64,000 nucleotides of DNA, from the NCBI GenBank assembly GCA_965218795.1, contig OZ244653.1, positions 1,280,001-1,344,000 of the forward strand, written 5' to 3'. Below the pieces are notes generated by a model. That model was not told the origin of the DNA and searched no databases. It saw only the letters and a list, made by a program, of their open reading frames with translations. This document shows, in pieces, positions 58,355 through 64,000 of the stretch (positions are counted from its first letter, which is position 1; every line of letters starts with the position of its first letter). The translations under genes were made by a program, and so were the position numbers. This DNA is from a bacterium. GTDB taxonomy: Bacteria > UBA8248 > JACPRG01 > G963555815.

Positions 58355-58617
58355 CAGGAAGGGTCATTCACGGGGACCGGCCATCGGAAGGAGCCACCCG
58401 TTCCCCTCGATCCCGGCCTGCGCGGACGCTCTGGATCCCTGCTGCAGCCTGTCCTCGAACGTCTTCATCGGGGGCGGGAATCCAGGCAAGCCGAATCAAT
58501 ACTCATCAGAAAAAGGCCATGCACGCCTCTTGCAACGCCTTTGCACGGCCGTTTCCAGACCTTTTCATGATGCGTTTTCAGGGGGGATTCGGGCCGGCCC
58601 GCCACTTGTAATTCCAC

Positions 58618-58660
58618 CCTGTCTGCGTGCGACGCACAGGCAGGTCGAAGCGGGAATGAC
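58618..58660. repeat. REP-like palindrome
   Basis: CCTGTCTGCGTGCGACGCACAGGCAGG hairpin followed by GCGGGAATGAC, the same tail as the element at 45385. Confidence 0.55.
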
Positions 58661-58996
58661 CGAGAGCCTGCTCCTGCATGGTTTCGGCAGGGGGCGCCGG
58701 AATCCGACAAATCATTTATGAAGGAGGGTGTTCCGAGACTCGTCATTAGCCTTGTTTCCATGCTATTCTGCACATCTTAAGGAGGACGTCACGGGTAGAA
58801 CCATGTCGCAGTTTGCAGGCGAAAAGCATCGCCAAATTAGCGGCGCTTGCACGGTCTGGCTCTCCGGGTCACCTATCTTTTGTATTGCCCTCTTGCTTAG
58901 ACCAAGCTCGTGGTAGCCCTTCGGGCTTCGCCAGTTTCGAAATCGGCCGATGTTATGTGCTACAGTACCGTTCTACAGCACTCCGAGGACTAAGCC

Positions 58997-60001
58997 GTGG
59001 ACCGTGTTGAATACGAATCCTTAATTATCCAAGACTTGATCGGTTACCATGAGCGTGGTGAACTCAATATCGCTCCCTGGTATCAACGTAGATCCGTTTG
59101 GTCGCAACCACAAAAGGCATATCTAATTAACACCATACATGAAAACAAGCCTGTACCATCAATCTACATTCGCCATGCCGTAGACTTTCAAACGGAGAAA
59201 AGCATAAAGGAAATTGTTGACGGCCAACAACGTGTCCGCTGTGTAATAGAGTACAAAGGTAATAAATTTCCAGCGAGACACTCCAAACATGAAAACCCTG
59301 TCTATTATTCGGATCTCTCACGGAATGAACGAGTTCATTTCCTTCAGTCGACCTTATCGGTGGGCTACCTTGTTGGTGCAACAGACCCTGATGTGATCGA
59401 AATATTTGCACGGATAAACACAGTTTCAAAAACCTTGAATCCACAAGAAAAGAGGAACGCAAACTATAGTGGCGCATTTAAGCAATTCTGTCTCTCTGAG
59501 GCAGTAGAGCGACTGCCATTCTGGCGTGAAAATGGGATATTCACCGACAACCAGATCTCCAGAATGCTTGAAGTGCAGTTTGTTTCAGATTTGATAATAA
59601 ATCTTTTAGAAGGCCTACAGGATTTTTCTTCGAAAAAGATCAATGATTACTATGGAGAACACGAGAATAACTTTCCAAAGTCTTTAGAAACAAAGAAGAA
59701 GCTTGATCGTATATACACGACTTTACTTAACATGCCGGAGGGTCTCATAAAAGGCACCATATTCTCAACACCGCAACTTCTTTTTAGCCTGATCCTTGTG
59801 CTTGATTCAAAAACGCGCTTAAAACCGATAGTGATTTGCGAAGGTATCAACGATCTGGACGCCAGAGTCGAAGCAGTACGGTCTGGTGAAAATTCTCAGG
59901 CGCTTAAGACGGATATCTATGACGCCTTCACCTCTGGAAACTTACATCGAATTCGATCTCGTAAGCTAAGGGATAGAGAGATAAAAGCCTTCCTTAGTTG
60001 A
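58997..60001 (+). CDS. DUF262 (ParB/Srx-fold, GmrSD N-terminal-like) protein with no HNH domain
   Basis: PWYQRRSVW, IVDGQQR and IFARIN...LN motifs; AT-rich codon usage. Confidence 0.9.
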   Translation: MDRVEYESLIIQDLIGYHERGELNIAPWYQRRSVWSQPQKAYLINTIHENKPVPSIYIRHAVDFQTEKSIKEIVDGQQRVRCVIEYKGNKFPARHSKHENPVYYSDLSRNERVHFLQSTLSVGYLVGATDPDVIEIFARINTVSKTLNPQEKRNANYSGAFKQFCLSEAVERLPFWRENGIFTDNQISRMLEVQFVSDLIINLLEGLQDFSSKKINDYYGEHENNFPKSLETKKKLDRIYTTLLNMPEGLIKGTIFSTPQLLFSLILVLDSKTRLKPIVICEGINDLDARVEAVRSGENSQALKTDIYDAFTSGNLHRIRSRKLRDREIKAFLS

Positions 60002-60004
60002 ACA

Positions 60005-60619
60005 ATGCCGAAACCCAACCTTTCAGTCGACTGGAGTAGGTTTCAGGATAAGAGTGCTCGGTTGAAAGCACTTGTTTCCTCATTGAAACCCCTCTCCTTG
60101 AATCATCGTAAGCTCGTTGCAGAGATTGTGATGATTCGTCTTTTTCTTCTTTGTGAAAACACTGTTGCGTCTATTTGTACGAAGCTGCTTTGCGGCGCTG
60201 ACTATATTGACGGCAGTTCTCCCAAGAGAATCGTTTCTGCTTCCTCGAAGTCTAATGCGGAGACATTGATGAAAAAATATAAGAGGAAAAGGCCGAAACT
60301 GCACCTGTCTTGGACACGATCCAAAGAAATCAGAGACAACCTGAAAAACACTCTGCAGTCAGCCGACCCGCTCTTCCTAGTTGTAAGGAATCATGGTTCT
60401 ATACTAACGGAAATGAGATATGTCCGAAATCACATTGCACATAATAGCAAATCATCCCGGTCGGACTTCAGGAAAGTCGTACGCAGTTATTATGGTGGAT
60501 TGAAACAAGGTGTCACTCCAGGTCTTCTTCTGCTAACCGACGCGCTAGCGTCTCCGCCACTTGTGGAAAAATACCTCGTTTTCTATCGGCTTCTTATCAA
60601 AGAATTAGTACGCGCGTAG
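60005..60619 (+). CDS. HEPN-like putative RNase
   Basis: Helical 204 aa protein with E in the N-terminal helix (LLCEN) and the Rx4H motif RNHIAH; starts 3 bp after the DUF262 stop. Confidence 0.75.
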   Translation: MPKPNLSVDWSRFQDKSARLKALVSSLKPLSLNHRKLVAEIVMIRLFLLCENTVASICTKLLCGADYIDGSSPKRIVSASSKSNAETLMKKYKRKRPKLHLSWTRSKEIRDNLKNTLQSADPLFLVVRNHGSILTEMRYVRNHIAHNSKSSRSDFRKVVRSYYGGLKQGVTPGLLLLTDALASPPLVEKYLVFYRLLIKELVRA

Positions 60620-60656
60620 GCACACAAACGTCAAACCGGAAATTGAGGTCTCTATC

Positions 60657-60940
60657 TGTACAGATAGGGTATTCCCCTGACAGCCGCCGCTCCTGTATGG
60701 GTTCAGTTTAGGCGGCTTTTTTCATTTTTTCCTCCTTTGGCGTTTTCGGTTTTGGCAGACAGCGGATGAAGACGAGGCAGGTGTCCTTCCCTTCATGCTG
60801 TGACCCTGATAGGGCCTTTTGGTGGTGCAGGTGATCAGATAGGCGTCAAGGTCGTTCTGCATGGCTTCGATGCTGTCGTAGAACTTCTTTCTTCCAATGA
60901 CGCGGAAGTGCTCGTCAAGCAACGTTCTGTGCAGCCGCCC
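60657..60940 (-). mobile_element. IS481-family transposase C-terminal relic with terminal sequence
   Basis: RLHRTLLDEHFRVIGRKKFY...KRPYQG..MKGRTP; the minus strand ends ...CTGTCAGGGGAATACCCTATCTGTACA. Confidence 0.8.
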
Positions 60941-61065
60941 AAGACGTTTGCCGCAGGGGAATTCTGAAAAGACTTGAGGAGAATAGAGAGCCGGACTGGA
61001 ACGAGATGATATTGGGGGCCGAGGTCGACTAGACTGCCTATCGCGGGCGGACCAGCCAGAGCCGC

Positions 61066-62034
61066 TCAGGAAGATTCATCGAGCGAGCGGCGGAGGGTGG
61101 CGGTCAACTGTTGGCGGAAACCCTCATCGTCACCCCTCGACCAGGGAACGGTCGTGCAGTGGTTGGTGTCGAAGTGGGTCTTTTCCTTATCAAACTTTCC
61201 CTTTTCGCAGATGTAGATGACGGGCTTGCCCAGCCCCTCCGCGTAACCGGCCTCCCAATAAGCCCCTGAATTGTCGTGCGTTAGATCGGCGATGACGAAC
61301 TTTGCGTCCCTGATCCGGGTACGCATTATGTTGTCGATTAACCCTGCGCGTGCAACATCGCGCATATCGACAAGGTCATAGCCGACATCCTCCTTCACCG
61401 CCGGTTTCAGGACTTCCTTGACTAAGGCTTCAAGTCTGGGTTTGTTAAACTGCATGGCAATGAACCCATAATTTCCCGCGAATTTGCCACGCTTCTCGTC
61501 TTCGTACCGTTTCCATCCGTCGAGGGTGAGGTTGATTTGAGATGGATTGGCGCCATTCTTATTCCCAATCATGAGTTGTCCGCGTTTGTCCAACTCCTTT
61601 ACCAGTTGAACACTCATCAAACGGTGAGGTGCGCCGATGATCGCCTGGAAATCGACAGGGAGTCGATCAACCGCTCTACCTGTACGGGATACTTCATCGC
61701 CAATAAACCGTATGATGTTTGTGGCCTGTACGATGGGGCTGGGAAGGAGGTGAGCGCCCGCCAGAAAATGATCCAACCATTCAGTCGTTATCAAAACAGT
61801 TTCTCCATCTCGCGATTTTATGCGCAATCGGTGAGAGAGGGACGCCCGCTGAACCGGCGTCAAACATTCTTTCGCAGGATTAAGTTTGCCAGCAAAGGCT
61901 GTCCTACTGATCTCGTACCGTCCGCATACAACGCATTCGAATCCGAAGGAATCCTTGCCGTTCGTCGAAAGCTTTTGGCACTGACCGCCGCCATCAATAT
62001 TCCGGCAGACGGGGCATTTAACCATGTCATTCAT
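61066..62034 (-). CDS. Zn-ribbon + helical linker + nucleoside 2-deoxyribosyltransferase-like (NDT/TIR-like) protein
   Basis: CPVC...CVVC at the N-terminus; C-terminal GFIAMQF, FVIADLTHDNSGAYWEAGYAEGLGKPVIY; RBS AAAGGAG. Confidence 0.78.
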   Translation of the reverse strand: MNDMVKCPVCRNIDGGGQCQKLSTNGKDSFGFECVVCGRYEISRTAFAGKLNPAKECLTPVQRASLSHRLRIKSRDGETVLITTEWLDHFLAGAHLLPSPIVQATNIIRFIGDEVSRTGRAVDRLPVDFQAIIGAPHRLMSVQLVKELDKRGQLMIGNKNGANPSQINLTLDGWKRYEDEKRGKFAGNYGFIAMQFNKPRLEALVKEVLKPAVKEDVGYDLVDMRDVARAGLIDNIMRTRIRDAKFVIADLTHDNSGAYWEAGYAEGLGKPVIYICEKGKFDKEKTHFDTNHCTTVPWSRGDDEGFRQQLTATLRRSLDESS

Positions 62035-62059
62035 GGTGTCTCCTTTCGTTCAGATCGGT

Positions 62060-64000
62060 TCACCTCCCCTCCCCCAGATTCATCGCCAGCAGTTCCCTCA
62101 GTGCGTCATCCTCTGAGATCTCGGCGGGCCAGCCGTAGGCGGCGGCCACGGCGGCGTCGAGGGTTGCGTGGGCGTGGGCGAGCCATTGGGGGCGGGCGTT
62201 GTAGAGGTTGGTGAGGGTGCGCTTCCTGAGCTCTTTGGCCGCCGTTTCGTCGCGGGGGACCGGACGCTGGGGATAGCCCGGAACCGGCTCGTCCACCCAT
62301 TCCACCCATTCGGGCGGATTGAGCCAGCGGCCGCGCAATTCGACAAGCCGTTGCGCGGCCTCGGCGATGGCGACGGCGCGCGGGTCGTCCACGTAATCGG
62401 AAGCGGGAACGTCGGGCGACAACCCTTCGGGGAAGGGAAAGGTCTCGAAGGTGGTGGTGGGCGTGTAGCGCGGGCGATCTTCCAGACTGGTCCCCAGCCG
62501 GAGGGACCACGCCTCGTGGAACCGGCTGTGCAGGATGCCGAAGGTGGTGTCGTCGTCACGGGCGATGACGGTCAATGCGCTGTCGGGGCAAATCCGAACG
62601 TCACACCACACGAACAGCCTGTGTTTAGCCACGCGGGGAGTGGCGATGTAGCGGGACAAGCCGTCTAACGCTTGGCGAAGGTCCACCACGAAACGCCGAT
62701 GGCGCCACCATTCGTCCCTGAGCGCCTTGACGCGATTATTCGCTCGCGACGGCTTTACATGTTCGACGACATGGGCGAACGGCGCCTCATAGAGCGCGGC
62801 TTTGGCTTCGCTCATTTCATGCCCAAAATCAATGATCCATTTATCCTGTGGCCGTCGCGTCACGTCCATGCCGTTGATCCAGGGTTTGAGAACGTCGGAA
62901 TTCGGCCGTCCGTTCGGGTTCGCTGGCAGACGAAGCCACTCGCGAGCCAAGTCACCGGAAATGTCAAACGCACCACCTTTCTCCCCGCATCGGAAGCTCG
63001 CTCCCCGATTTGTCCGAAGCGGACGCACCGACGACCCAAGGGCCGAGGAGGAAGACGCCACCAGATCGGCGGAAATGCCGGGAGCCGGCATCCCATTCAA
63101 CCGCGCCCCAAGATGTGCATCCGCGCCAGCGAAGCAAACCAGCGCGACCCGCACGGCGGCCCCATCGATCACCCAGGGCTCGTCCGACCAGGCATCGAAG
63201 ATGGCGCCATGCTCAACGATACGGTCGAGCACAAGGCGGTTGGCCCCACCTCGAATGGAATTCGTGGCGACGAGGCCGCTACGGGCGATCTTTCCCTTCG
63301 CCACCAGTTCGCCCGCCTTGCGGAACCAGTAGCACACCAGATCCGCGGCTCCGGGAACCCGGCCCTCATACGCTGCCCGCAACCTCTCCGTGTAAGCATC
63401 GCCGAGCACGCTCCGTATGCGTGAACTTCCCAGGAACGGCGGGTTGCCGATCACGACATCGGCCTCGGGCCAGTCGGGCTCCTCGCCCTCGGGCGTGAGG
63501 ATGGCGTCCCGGCACTCGATGGTCTCCAGGGGCTTGAGGATGGGGTCGCGGGACTCGCTGAACCCGTTGCGCCGCATCCACTGGATCTCGCCGATCCACA
63601 CCGACACCCGGGCCAGCTCGGCCGCGTAGGCGTTGAGCTCGATCCCCCGGACGTTGGCCGGCCCGATTGTAGGAAACGCCCGCTCAAGCCCCAGGGCCTC
63701 GGCCTCCAACTGCACCCGGTGCTCCAGGTCCTTGAGGGCGTGCAGGGCCAGATAGAGAAAATTGCCCGAACCGCAGGCCGGATCGAGCACGGTGAAGCGG
63801 CGCAGGCGCTCCAGGAAGGCGCGCAGCAGGCGGTCGGCCTTGCTATGGTGCCGCGTCCCCGCCGAGGCCGATTTGGCCGCGCGGGACCGGTCCAGACAGG
63901 CGGCGATATCGGCCTTGGCCGTCTCCCACGCGGCGAGCCAGGGGCGCACCACCACGGGCTCCACGATCCGCATGATCTTGTCCCGGTCGGTGTAGTGGGC
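62060..64000 (-). CDS. MmeI-like type IIG RM enzyme / m6A methyltransferase with TRD (5' part outside the window)
   Basis: Frame is open to the window edge (AHYTDRDKIM); DPACGSGNFL, GIEL, GNPPF, RYTPTTTFETFPFP and RTLTNLYN...H..LD.AV..AYGW motifs. Confidence 0.9.
   Translation of the reverse strand, partial: AHYTDRDKIMRIVEPVVVRPWLAAWETAKADIAACLDRSRAAKSASAGTRHHSKADRLLRAFLERLRRFTVLDPACGSGNFLYLALHALKDLEHRVQLEAEALGLERAFPTIGPANVRGIELNAYAAELARVSVWIGEIQWMRRNGFSESRDPILKPLETIECRDAILTPEGEEPDWPEADVVIGNPPFLGSSRIRSVLGDAYTERLRAAYEGRVPGAADLVCYWFRKAGELVAKGKIARSGLVATNSIRGGANRLVLDRIVEHGAIFDAWSDEPWVIDGAAVRVALVCFAGADAHLGARLNGMPAPGISADLVASSSSALGSSVRPLRTNRGASFRCGEKGGAFDISGDLAREWLRLPANPNGRPNSDVLKPWINGMDVTRRPQDKWIIDFGHEMSEAKAALYEAPFAHVVEHVKPSRANNRVKALRDEWWRHRRFVVDLRQALDGLSRYIATPRVAKHRLFVWCDVRICPDSALTVIARDDDTTFGILHSRFHEAWSLRLGTSLEDRPRYTPTTTFETFPFPEGLSPDVPASDYVDDPRAVAIAEAAQRLVELRGRWLNPPEWVEWVDEPVPGYPQRPVPRDETAAKELRKRTLTNLYNARPQWLAHAHATLDAAVAAAYGWPAEISEDDALRELLAMNLGEGR

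Noticed and set aside
58519-58535. Sigma54-like ATGCACGCCTCTTGCA
   Set aside because: The invariant GG at -24 is missing and no gene follows closely.
1-64000. Many long alternative-frame or antisense ORFs (e.g. 1854..3026, 23024..24562, 33482..34693, 49087..50232)
   Set aside because: They shadow well-supported genes, lack motifs and are expected in GC-rich DNA.
1-64000. CRISPR array, tRNA, rRNA
   Set aside because: No regularly spaced repeats or recognisable structural RNA were seen by eye; a covariance search was not possible.

Overview
GC-rich chromosomal window from a diderm bacterium. The gene order (ffh-rpsP-khpA-rimM-trmD-rplS-rnhB-yraN; priA-def-fmt-rsmB-PASTA-rpe; a RomR-like regulator before valS) suggests a deltaproteobacteria-like or Nitrospinota-like lineage. 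This is inference only. The first ~33 kb is mostly housekeeping genes, interrupted by a defence islet at 13.0-16.3 kb (PD-(D/E)XK-like ORF, an RM relic, a putative type II REase plus m4C methyltransferase). 33-45 kb is accessory: tandem tyrosine integrases, orphan NrdR-like boxes, nested IS3/IS110 relics, a Liv-type ABC transporter and a lipoprotein subtilase. 45-57 kb is metabolic (mce, pyrR, M20 amidohydrolase, enamidase-like, DcyD-like, LLM, CopA, TrxA, UbiD). From 57 kb there is a second accessory/defence region: a 1.17 kb GPP34-carrying insert bracketed by a 94-bp duplication of the ubiD 3' end, an AT-rich DUF262 + HEPN gene pair with degenerate integron-cassette-like ends, an IS481 relic, and an MmeI-like type IIG RM gene followed by a Zn-ribbon/NDT-like gene. 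No rRNA, tRNA or CRISPR array was seen. Two frameshifts fall in homopolymers and may be sequencing errors. All family calls come from motif recognition by eye, not database searches.
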